This document shows positions 53,804 to 64,000 of a stretch of 64,000 nucleotides of DNA, piece after piece (position 1 is the first letter of the stretch; each line of letters begins with the position of its first letter). This DNA comes from Antedon mediterranea. Taxonomy: Eukaryota > Animalia > Echinodermata. The stretch spans positions 9,042,201 through 9,106,200 of the forward strand of contig NC_092670.1 of assembly GCF_964355755.1 (NCBI RefSeq). Direction: 5' to 3'. The notes beneath the pieces are model-generated. The model made no database searches. It saw only the letters and a list, made by a program, of their open reading frames with translations, and was not told the DNA's origin. The position numbers were made by a program, and so were the translations under genes.

Positions 53804-56800
53804 CTAACTGCTGTCTTCATCTTTCTTCTCTTTGTTGTATTCCTTTAAGAAATCACGGACGAGTACTTTCTTTGGTAAAACATCTGGAAATAGAATTATT
53901 TTTATTACAATTACTTTTTTTTTCTCGCGAGGTAAATGCATTGAACTTATAAGAACATATAGTCAGGCAGCATTTGTCACTATATTAACTTTACTTCATA
54001 TATTTAGCCAAGTTTGATTTTTCACTTTTAAGTGATCAAGGACATCACAAGAAACAACTTCCAACTTGTTGTCCAAATTCTAAACGCGTTTTTCATTCGC
54101 TGGGGGCGGTTTTTCAAAATGGCCGCCTATGCTATCAAGTACTTATATCTCGGCAACCACTAATCGTAGAGACTTGGTTTTAGTCTTAAAATGTTCGTAA
54201 GGTACATAATTCTATTCACTATAATTGAACATTTTGCCCTAAAATGACCGGAAATACTATTTCTGACCATTTGACCTTTGACCTGATCTTATCATATCTC
54301 AATAACTATTGGTCAGAAAGAGTTGATATTTATCCCAAATTGTTCAGAAAATACATGTTTCTATTTGCTTTAATGCAAAGGTTTGTTTCAAGATGGCTGG
54401 AAAAACCATATCTGACCTTTGACCATAACCTGTGTGATATCCACAACATGTTGGTTACTTATAGATAAAATTTTTCGACAGATTGCTCAGAACATCCATA
54501 TTTGTAACACATTATTGATTTTTCAATTATTGATGCTTTAAAACATTCACTTAAGCTTGGAAATTAAAGTTTTAAAATAAATAAAAGCCACTCATTATCT
54601 CCATACATAATCCTAGCCTGTGATTGGCTGAAAGTTCAAGCAGATTAGATTTCATTAGTTTAAATGGTAAGTGTTTTTTAAACCGATTTAAACAGTGTTT
54701 GCTGGGAAATCATACTTATTATTAGTACATATACATTTACTTGTATAATAATGTACCTATGCTGATATAAATGTTGTACAGAGAGGCCTTAGTTAAATAG
54801 TTATAAACTATAGTTCCAGCCTAGGCCTTGTCGCTAACACCTAGCAAACAATGCTAGCCTGGTGAGATCCCTGTGGAACTCAGTGACAAGCCAACTCAGT
54901 GCCTGGCATGGTAACCTCCGATGATGTTAGTCAAACGATTGAAAAGCGAGACCAATTAGGAAAAGAAGCATTGGATAAATTTGTGACTTCACGAATGGTT
55001 GAAAAAACCGTAACATTTTGGGACTCTCAAAAGAAAAACAACTTCTCTTATTTCAAGCATGTAGGAGCAGTGGTGAAAACCAAAATTAAAGGTCAACTAG
55101 TTTCAACTAAGCAAGAGAGAAAGCTGCTGTCTAGATTGTTAGTTGTGGTGAAGAGCAGGCCAGAGTTCGCTCTAAAGGATGTCATAGGCAACTATGAGTT
55201 CAATTGCACTCCACCATCAAATTTCCATCCAGATGGAAAAATGATAATGCTTTCTGGAAAATCCAAGGTATTTGCAGTCAATAACAGAACTCCCTCTACC
55301 AGATAATGTCAGCAGGCCTGATAAAAAGCAGCATTATTGATGGAATGTGTGTCGTCAATATGGTAAAGAAGGTGTCTGATAAGTTCAATGCTTCTGACTT
55401 TGCATCTGAATTTGTTAACCTGATTGTTGGTATGAGCAAACCATATGATGAAGTTCGTCTTTTATTTGATCAATATCTATCAGGATCTTTAAAAGAATCT
55501 ACACGAGATAAGAGAACACAGAAAACAACTACCATTCACTACCATGTCAATGACAACACTGAGATTAAGAACATTAAGACATTTTTATCGCACAAAGAGA
55601 CCAAAGCTGAACTTACAAAATATCTGTCAGAGAAGATACGTAATCACTTCAAGAACAACACGAAGAAGGTCATAGTAACACATCACACGTCCATGGCAAA
55701 CTGCAATCTCTCAGAAGTTACCATGATGCCAGAGATGACACACGGACAACACACATTGGAAGAAGGGGACCAACTGGTCTTATTGTATGCCTTTGATTGT
55801 ATGAACAAAGACCCAAGTGCCAATGTTGACATATTTTCTGTAGATACTGATGTCTTTATCTTTTTAACAGGAAGCTATCCTCTACTTCCTCCAATGACCA
55901 CATTTTGTAGGAAAAGAGGGGAAAAAATACCTATATGGGAATGCTATTACCGACTTTGAAAACAAATATCAGCAGCACTGATTGGATGGTACGCATTTAA
56001 AGGTGCAGATAACACAGGTACATTTGCTGGAAAAGGAGTGTCCGCCCATTTCCCAGCACTTATGAAATGTGACGATGAAATACTAGATGCATTTGCTGTA
56101 TATGGACTGACCTCTGAAATACCAAATTGGATTTTCAGGCAAATGGAAAGATATGTTTGCATATTATACAGTACTTCTAAGATCAAGGCAGATTATGTCA
56201 CAGACTTGAGATGGATGTTATTTGCACAGAAAGGCAAGGAAGGACAACAGTTACCTCCAACCATGGGAACTCTTAGATCACAGATATTATAACAGTTCCA
56301 TTGGTGATTTGAAATATTGATTTTGGAACAAGGAATATCATCAACAAAACCACAAGTACAGGTACAAGTTATAAACAATACTAGACAAATCTATAGTCTC
56401 TCAGTCTCAGTTGTGGATATTACATGCATTAGGGCATGGATTAAAGAATAGAAGGATATGCATCGACGTGAGATCAAGGGTTCCTTGACTCTCGCCGACA
56501 GACTGCGGACCGCCCACAATGTTACAGTTTAATTAACCGCATGGTAACAACGAAACGGTCGCGTGCCTAATATATTGTTTACTGCACATGTGCAACGACA
56601 TTTAACCTTGTTGGCTACGCTTCTTTCGCGCGTTCTTTGGTTGCATGATGTTTGTAGATGGTCAACTATTGACTATGTTGGTTTCTGCCGCGATTGATCT
56701 ACGCTAATGATTTTTTTATGATGATTAAAGTAGCATTTTATGACCTGTAGTAGCCCTACATCTGAGACAATAACTATTAGTTGTCTCATTTGTTGTAAAA

Positions 56801-59773
56801 TTACAAGAATGCTAGCCTAGCTAGGCCTTGTACTAACTAGGCTAAACTGGGCTAGTAAACCCTATGATTTGCCGACATTGATACTGCCTAGGTAGGCCTA
56901 GGCTAATCTTAAATACTCACCGTTGTCTTACTTCTTGTGTGAATAATAATAGGTAGGCCTACTTCGTTTGTTCGTGATCAAGTTTGCCCTGCGTGTACTT
57001 TTCAAAACGACCGCTAGGTAACGAATCGCAACTATACATAGCCAGCCAATCCCGGATCAGGGATCGCTGTTTTCATTCAATTAGGCCCGGTGATGTGGAT
57101 GACATAACCACTAGCCAATCACCAGGCACTACAGTTTAAATATAATCACATCGATAATTAAGGAGATTTATGAAGAAACCACTGCTTAGCCATATATTAA
57201 AAAACACGATTGGTGTATGTCTGAACACCGGCCACGCTAACAACATACATGGTCAAATGCATAATTTAATATTCTATAGATTAACGCAATTTTTAATGAC
57301 AGAAGATGGCAGGCAAATAATGATAATTCAAATATAAAAATTGCATATTTTATTAATATTACCAACTACTTAAAATTACCAGTCGTAAGAAAGTGAACTT
57401 TTCGTAGTCCGATTGTGATGAAACTAAAACAGAATTATTCAGCAATATATGTTTGTTATCAATTAATCATCGACGCAGACATGTCAATAGAACATTCAGA
57501 CTGCGCATACGATTTCTACATGGTTAGGTTTTGGTCTCAAAAAATGTAACAGTTGATTCGCAGCGTTTTACAGAGGGCCGCGGTTAGAGACACGGAGTTC
57601 AATGAACGTGTTTGTTTGATTGGCAGCAGTGCTTTAGTATAGGCAAGCGCGTTGTAAAATCGTTTGATGTCACCGTCGATGCATATCCTTCTATTCTTTA
57701 ATCCATGATTAGGGCAAGAGGTCAGATATGGCATTTCTGTTTGCTTTAAAACAAAACATTTAATTACAGTAAATATAAAAAGGCATACTGCGAACAATTT
57801 GAAACAAATTTCAAGTCTGTGTGACCATTTGTTACCGAGATATGATGATAGAAGGTCAAAGGTCAAATGGTCAGAAATGGCATTTTCCGTCATTTCTGGT
57901 CAAAATATTCCATTAGAGTAAATAGAAATATGTACATTACAAACATTTTAAGATTAAAACCAAGTCTCTACGATTAGTGGTTGCCGAGATATAAGTACTT
58001 GATAGCATAAGCGGCCATTTTGAAAAAGCGCCCCCAGCGAATGAAAAACGCGTTTAGAATTTGGACAACAAGTTGGAAGTTGTTCGTTGTGATGTCCTTG
58101 ATCACTTAAAAGTGAAAAATCAAACTTGGCTAAATATATGAAGTAAAATACAAATGCTGCCTGACTAATATATTAATCTATTTCATTGATGTATAAACAG
58201 CATAATTATACTGTACTGTACCTGTAATTAAAATAAAATATCTTGTATTGTACAGTACAGGTTTTTATCTAATGCTTAACTATTAACAGTGAGTGCAGTG
58301 ACCACCGCAGTATGCATACCTTCTAGAAATTGGTAGCTCTCTTCCTCTGCCACCGCTTCAGCAAGGTCATTGTAGTTCACAACCTCCTCGGCCTTTCTCC
58401 TCATATAAGACTCTTTTGCAATGTTTTCAACAAAGAGTTCCTAAAAACAATTATTATAATTATTAAATTAATTAAATATATGTTTAAAATAAGGTATTAT
58501 TAGGCCCTAGCTAGGCCTATATCAATATTTTACACATATAATAATTCAATTAAAAACAAAAAACAAAGCAAAATGGGCGCTAGTTCCGTTTCGCACCTGT
58601 TTTTATTTCGACTTCCTTTTGACTCCAAATTGTTAAGCAGCTTATTGTGAATACTACACCTTAAAATTGGGCCTTATAAGTACTTTTATGAAGAAGAATC
58701 ACATAAAAAGTAACAAATAAAACCTTAAATTGATGATTTTACAGACATGTTTCTCGCGCATACCGTTCGCGAATTTAGCATACTCGAAGTTCAATATTTT
58801 CGTTTCTATGGAGCGCCAAAAGAGCAACAACAATAGATGGTTAAAATCTCAGTGGAATGCGTCTTCTTTTAATGCATTTATTATTGAAATACACGTTTAA
58901 TTTTAATATATTTTGTCAATAAAATGCTGTAACATTTTACTGCTAATAATTTGCTGTTTTCAAATAGCAACCACCCCTAGCTAGGCCTAAGAGTAAGACT
59001 AAGACTAACAGGAATATTATTTAGATCAGATATACCCCTACAGTACATGTAATATGATGATGAATTTGTCGATTTTCATTCCTAAAAGTTCCTGCAAAAA
59101 CCATGTACAGTATCAACAGTAATATTTTTGTTGCATTGACATTGACAAAATATGATAAAATTGAACGTAATTTTCACCAATAAATGCATTAAATATACGC
59201 AATTTACTGAGTTTTTAGCCCTCTATTATGATTGCTCTGTTGGCGCTCCATAAAAACAACAACATTGAACATGGAGTATGCGAAATTCACGAACCGATGT
59301 TCGAGAAAGACGTCTGTAAATTCATCAATTTAAAGGATTTGTTTTTTACTTTTTGTGTGATCTCCTTCGTAAAAGTATTTTTGAGGCCTCATTCTAAGGT
59401 GTGGTACTCACGATAAAGTTACTTAACCAATTTTGAGTCGAAATAAACGACAGGTGCGAAACGGAACTAGCGCCGCAAAATGAATGAATAAATAAATAAA
59501 TGAAGAGTATGTGTGTGCTCTCTAGGCTAGACCTAGATCGGGCCGAATCGTCCCGGATTCTACAAAACAGTAGCAGGGCCACAGGTCTATCCGAATACTG
59601 AATGCTCGAATAAACGAAAGGCTAGCCTAGCTAGTAGAGCCTAGCTAGCTATCTTGGACTTCATAACTTACTGTTGCTTTGGTTATAAGGAAAAGGGATT
59701 CTCCACTAACTGAAGTGATTTCGGGGGAACTTTTCATTATCATTCTTATTCTAGCTACTGGTAATGCAGTCAT
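53804..59773 (-). CDS. CHRAC1: Chromatin accessibility complex subunit 1 (CHRAC15, H2A-like histone fold); exons 59672..59773, 58320..58440, 53804..53883
   Basis: Spliced product MTALPVARIRMIMKSSPEITSVSGESLFLITKAT|ELFVENIAKESY..VNYNDLAEAVAEEESYQFLE|DVLPKKVLVRDFLKEYNKEKKDEDSS; canonical splice sites, phases 0 and 1; true start may lie further upstream. Confidence 0.9.
53960..58167 (+). mobile_element. Academ DNA transposon (internally deleted) in CHRAC1 intron 2
   Basis: ~460-bp TIRs beginning TAGTCAGGCAG / CTGCCTGACTA; 3-bp TSD ata; broken ORF 54899-56292 with PIN/XPG-like motifs IIDGM, LFDQY..SLKE.TR..R, EEGD, SVDTDV, GADNT..F.GKG, R..LF..LPPT. Confidence 0.9.
58576..59474. mobile_element. 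Merlin-like MITE in CHRAC1 intron 1
   Basis: TIR ggcgctagttccgtttcgcacctgt / acaggtgcgaaacggaactagcgcc; perfect 8-bp TSD gcaaaatg (58568-58575, 59475-59482); GG termini. Confidence 0.85.
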
Positions 59774-61017
59774 CGTGGATTTCTATTTATAAATTCAAAT
59801 GTATCATAAATTCACAAATTCCCCGCTGCCGATGTCTCTCTCGATTATCGATAACAATATGAAACGCCATATGTGCCTCCGGTTACCAGATCGATAGAAT
59901 TCAAAGTTCAGCACCTTATAGATAGAAGAATTTTGAACCTTTATAGTGCAGAATCAATGTAATTATTAATAGCGGTAGGAAATTGGTAACATTACGGCAG
60001 AGAAAATTACTCTCTATTACCCCTTTTATTTCAATATTAGTTTGGTGCACGTGATTGAGTCGACCAGTGGAAAGAAAATTTGTGTTTACACAGCACAGCA
60101 AAAAATAATGGCGCCAGGTTTGTGAGCCGCAAGTGAAATGATTTAGAGTGCACTACTGTATCTCAGTCTGCCCATTGAAAGTGTAATATGATTGGTCAGT
60201 TTCTGGTATAGTAATAAACATGATTGGTACATGTCGATTTGTTTCCGCCGAGAAGATAAAATGTTAACAACAAATACAAAGCAGAGGTTCCAACCTGACC
60301 AATCACATCTGTCATAATTGTAGTTATAGCCTAGTCTAATTTTTAACTTTAAAGTGGCTAGGAAGGAGGAAATGAACAATAAAAAGAGTGAACAAATCGG
60401 ACTTTGAATTGGCTTAGGCCATTTAAAGTTATTCACTTCCTCCTTAAAAAAAACAAAAATAAGGATTTTAAAATAAAATATAATGACTATAAAAGATATT
60501 GACGTTTCGGAAACATCATGGAACCATTCTCAAGAATGAAATTAGTAAAATTAACAACTATGCAAAAACACCAAAGGTGACAGGAAATACTTAATTAGGT
60601 ACAACAGACTGATGGTTCTCAAATACATTTCGGTGTAAAAAACTGGCATTATTCAAATGTACTTTTCGTTCACATGGAGAAAATAAATATAGACAAGATG
60701 ATTGATGGTCGCGTTGGCGATAATGAAACATTTTTTTGAATATATTATTTATTCACTCAGTTTATTTGTTTTTATGTTTTATAATAATGTACCACTATAA
60801 ACACAGAAAACATTTGCGCTTTAATACTTCGTTCTAACTGTCACAGTACAGTCGATTGAAATAATAAAGTAGCATGTGACGATGCACAGACGACGTTTGT
60901 GTATAAGATTACTTACGCTTCCTGTGTATAAAGGCATTGCTAGCGTTCCATAAAAACATTCATTTTTTACGATACGATATATTTAGCGCACGTGGTGTTG
61001 TTTTCTACGATAAAGAG
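59774..61017. promoter_or_regulatory. Probable divergent promoter region of CHRAC1 and WDR75
   Basis: Head-to-head first coding exons ~1.2 kb apart; TATCGATA at 59846; CACGTG at 60048 and 60989. Confidence 0.5.
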
Positions 61018-61091
61018 ATGGAGCCTTGTCTTGTTCAACGTGGAGGTAGAAAGTTCGTTCAAGAAAGAACCATTTTTTCTAAAGATTCAAA
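61018..61091 (+). CDS. WDR75: WD repeat protein 75 (Utp17) exon 1
   Basis: MEPCLVQRGGRKFVQERTIFSKDSK resembles the WDR75 N-terminus (V..GG......FS.DSK); phase-2 donor AA|gtaaat; rest of gene beyond the window. Confidence 0.72.
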
Positions 61092-61257
61092 GTAAATACT
61101 TTTTAAATGTCTTTCATTCATTTCATTTTCAAGACGTTTAAAAAGGCTAGGCCTACTAGCTAGCCTAGCTAGCCTAGGCAGGCCCTCTAGCTAGCTAGTA
61201 GGCCTAACTAGGCCTAGACTTAGTTAGGCTAGTTAGTAGGCCTAGCCTAGCCCTAGC

Positions 61258-63199
61258 GGATGCTAGTCAAGTCGCCCCATCGCAAAGTCGCCCCATCGCA
61301 AAGTCGCCCCATACAAAGTCGCCCCTTACACAGTCGCCCCATCGCAAAGTCGCCCCGACGCAAAGTCGCCCCATCGCAAAGTCGCCCCGTCACAAAGTCG
61401 CCCTATCGCAAAGTCGCCCCAAAACGTTAAAAAATAGTTTACAAGTGCGTAAAATGTCGCAATGATACACAAAATAACACGGAACGTGTAGGCATAAACA
61501 GGGGAAGCCCCGCCATGTAGTCTCAGGTCACACGATCGGCACGCACCCCCATCATCAGAGAGGAAGCCCCCGACTAATCACTCCGCGGTCGCACTAACGT
61601 GCTAGCTTACCAGAGGGAAACCCCCGTAATTACTCGCCGTTGTCGCACTTACAACGCACCATCTGAAGATGGGGAAACCCCGCCGGAGTTTTACGATGAT
61701 ATCAGTCGCGTTCGAAATCGGTCGCGTTTAAATTTGGTCGCGATAAATTGATGTTATACAATCTAGATTATTTTTACTTTGGTCGATAAATATTTATTAT
61801 TATTATTAGGCCTATTGTAAACATAGTTTAAGATTATAGTATTATCCAGCATAATGTCATTTAACAGTACATAATTATTTAAATGTGAAATATTTTATAG
61901 AAAACGTAGGCTACGTCTGTGTCTTTTATTTTTATATGCAACAAATTACGTAAAACAATTTATTTATAAACATTCAGTTTACTATACATAGTATTACAAT
62001 GAACATTGATTATAAGCCTGGAAATGCAATCCCATCATTATATCAATTATAAAATTGCATCATATCACCACTATATGTCGTAAATGATGACTGGCGTGTG
62101 TGTATTCGTCGTACGTCCGTGTACGTATTATTCCGTGCCTCTTCACTGTCTTGTTTAATTTAAAATTAAATAAAAACCCGATATGAGGATATTTATTAGG
62201 CATGATAATTAGAATGTTCTATAACCAAAATGGTTGAAGAGAATTTCTTCAGTAAAATTATCATTGTGCTGTTGATTAAAAAGGCGACTCGCCATCTGAA
62301 ACATTCTCTGAAAAAACCAATCGGAGCTGCGCCTTCTGGTATCTGTTTCCTCACAGCTGCTACGTCTTTCTGCTGACCGTTGGGGATTCCCCTTTTTAAA
62401 AAACATGCACACGATACTGTACGATGGTTTTTCCATGGTCAAAATGTAGCGTTTTAATTTTACTAAAATACCTGCATGTAAAACAATCATATCGGCGATG
62501 AAATCCTTTTTTTTTATTTCTTTATTTTGAAAAGTCATTATAAAATTAAGACACATAACTTGTCAATAAATGCAAAATGATCAATAAGTAGCCTATAACA
62601 CTCATTGTCTTACAACACTGTTATTGTTTTAACTACTGTAAATCTATACGAAGGCCTACTACACATTTATACATTTATTATATTATCCTAAAAAATGAGC
62701 TGGTATCCACGTGTAGGTTGAAGAAAGATTCGTAATTGTGGCTCTGGTAACTAATTTTAAAATCATATTAAATTAACATTTTCGAAACTATAAATCAGGG
62801 ATAATCTTTTTAGAACTTTCAAACAAGGGACTATTTTTTTAATGATTTTTAAAAAGCACATCACTCCATTAAAACCTGTAAAATAAAAATTAAAACACAA
62901 ATTATGTATATAATAGGATAAACATTATAATGTATACGACATTTAGCGCGACCAAAGTAACAACGCAATCGATATCAAACGCAACCAATATGATTAAAAC
63001 CGTGGGCGACTTTGCGATGGGGCGACTTTGCGTTGGGGCGCGACTTTGCGATGGGGCGAATTTGCGATGGGGCGAATTTGCGATGGGGCGACTTTGCGAT
63101 GGGGCGACTTTGCGATGGGGCGACTTTGCGATGGGGCGACTTTGCGATGGGGCGACTTTGTATGGGGCGACTTTGCGATGGGGCGACTTGACTGGATCC
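61258..63199. mobile_element. Foldback/MULE-like non-autonomous element with inverted subterminal 16-17-bp arrays
   Basis: Left ggatgctagtc+(aagtcgccccatcgca)n, right (tgcgatggggcgactt)n+gactggatcc; imperfect 9-bp flanks agccctagc / cgccctacc. Confidence 0.8.
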
Positions 63200-63349
63200 C
63201 GCCCTACCTAGGAGTTAGTAGGCTAGGCCTACCCTAGACCTAGTACAGTAACAGTAGGCTACCTACTTACTAGGCCCGGGCCTAGTCTACTGTAGGGCAG
63301 GCAGGCCTAGCTAGAGGCTAGGCCTAGGCCTGTACTAGCCTAACTAAAA

Positions 63350-63690
63350 GGACTACGAGGAGATTTGATTGAAGCTTTCAAAATTTTGAAAGGCTTTGAG
63401 GATATTGACCCAAAAGATTTATTTAAATTGTCTCACAACATCAGAACCAGGGGACACAGCTTAAAACTATATCGTCCAAAACTTAGAGGAAATCTTATGT
63501 GCAGGGTCAACTTTTTTACCATCATGAAGAGTCATACATCACTGGAATTCTCTGCCTGAATATGTAATACAAGCCTCTTCAGTGAACATCTTTAAGTCTA
63601 GACTTGACAACTATTTTCGGCTAGAAATGGAATCTAATAGGCACTAGCCTAAACTATTTCCATCAAACATTAAGTGTAAGTGTTAAGTGT
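63350..63690 (+). mobile_element. CR1-clade LINE 3' fragment
   Basis: RGDLIEAFKIL..RTRGHSLKL..WNSLP..FKSRLD; short aagtgt-type tail. Confidence 0.85.
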
Positions 63691-64000
63691 ACTAACTAGG
63701 CCAGCCTACTAGCTAGTTTCTAGGCCTAGTTAGTTAATATATTATAGGCCTAGGCTAGGCTAATATTAAAGACACCTTCCCTACAATTTGTAAAGTTTAC
63801 TTTAAAAACATTAAACCAGGTCATTCCTTGTCTTAATTGTACGTTTTATAGTAAATTATAATAAAAAGTGAGAAACAATGCACTACCTCGTGGCAACTGA
63901 CTTCTCGTGGACAGTCTTTAGGCCTAGCCTAGCTGGTAAACATCGGTAACGTACGAACATCATGGTTTTTTTAACATTTTCATGCTACAGGTACACAACA

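Noticed and set aside
53506-53952. 148-aa plus-strand ORF
   Set aside because: Antisense to CHRAC1 last exon and 3' UTR; no recognisable domain.
62930-63237. ORFs with GATLRWGDFAM repeats
   Set aside because: Translation of transposon subterminal repeats.

Overview
AT-rich eukaryotic (metazoan) genomic DNA with spliceosomal introns; repeat content and abundant TAGGCCTA palindromes suggest a marine invertebrate, possibly an echinoderm (inference). Left to right: two tandem fibrinogen-related-domain (FReD) genes, the second with signal peptide plus PAN/apple exon but truncated; decayed LINEs; an 80-bp and a 64-bp tandem array, the first grown out of an RTE LINE coding sequence; five intact exons of an ABCC4/MRP4-like TMD1 with no flanking exons visible; a Gypsy gag relic split by a hAT element; an intronless 427-aa ORF; an IFIT-like TPR gene whose C-terminus looks like a HEPN RNase domain (one frameshift; top candidate for a novel antiviral sensor-effector); CHRAC1 with an Academ transposon and a Merlin-like MITE in its introns; and WDR75 exon 1, head-to-head with CHRAC1. 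All family calls are by-eye motif recognition, not database searches.
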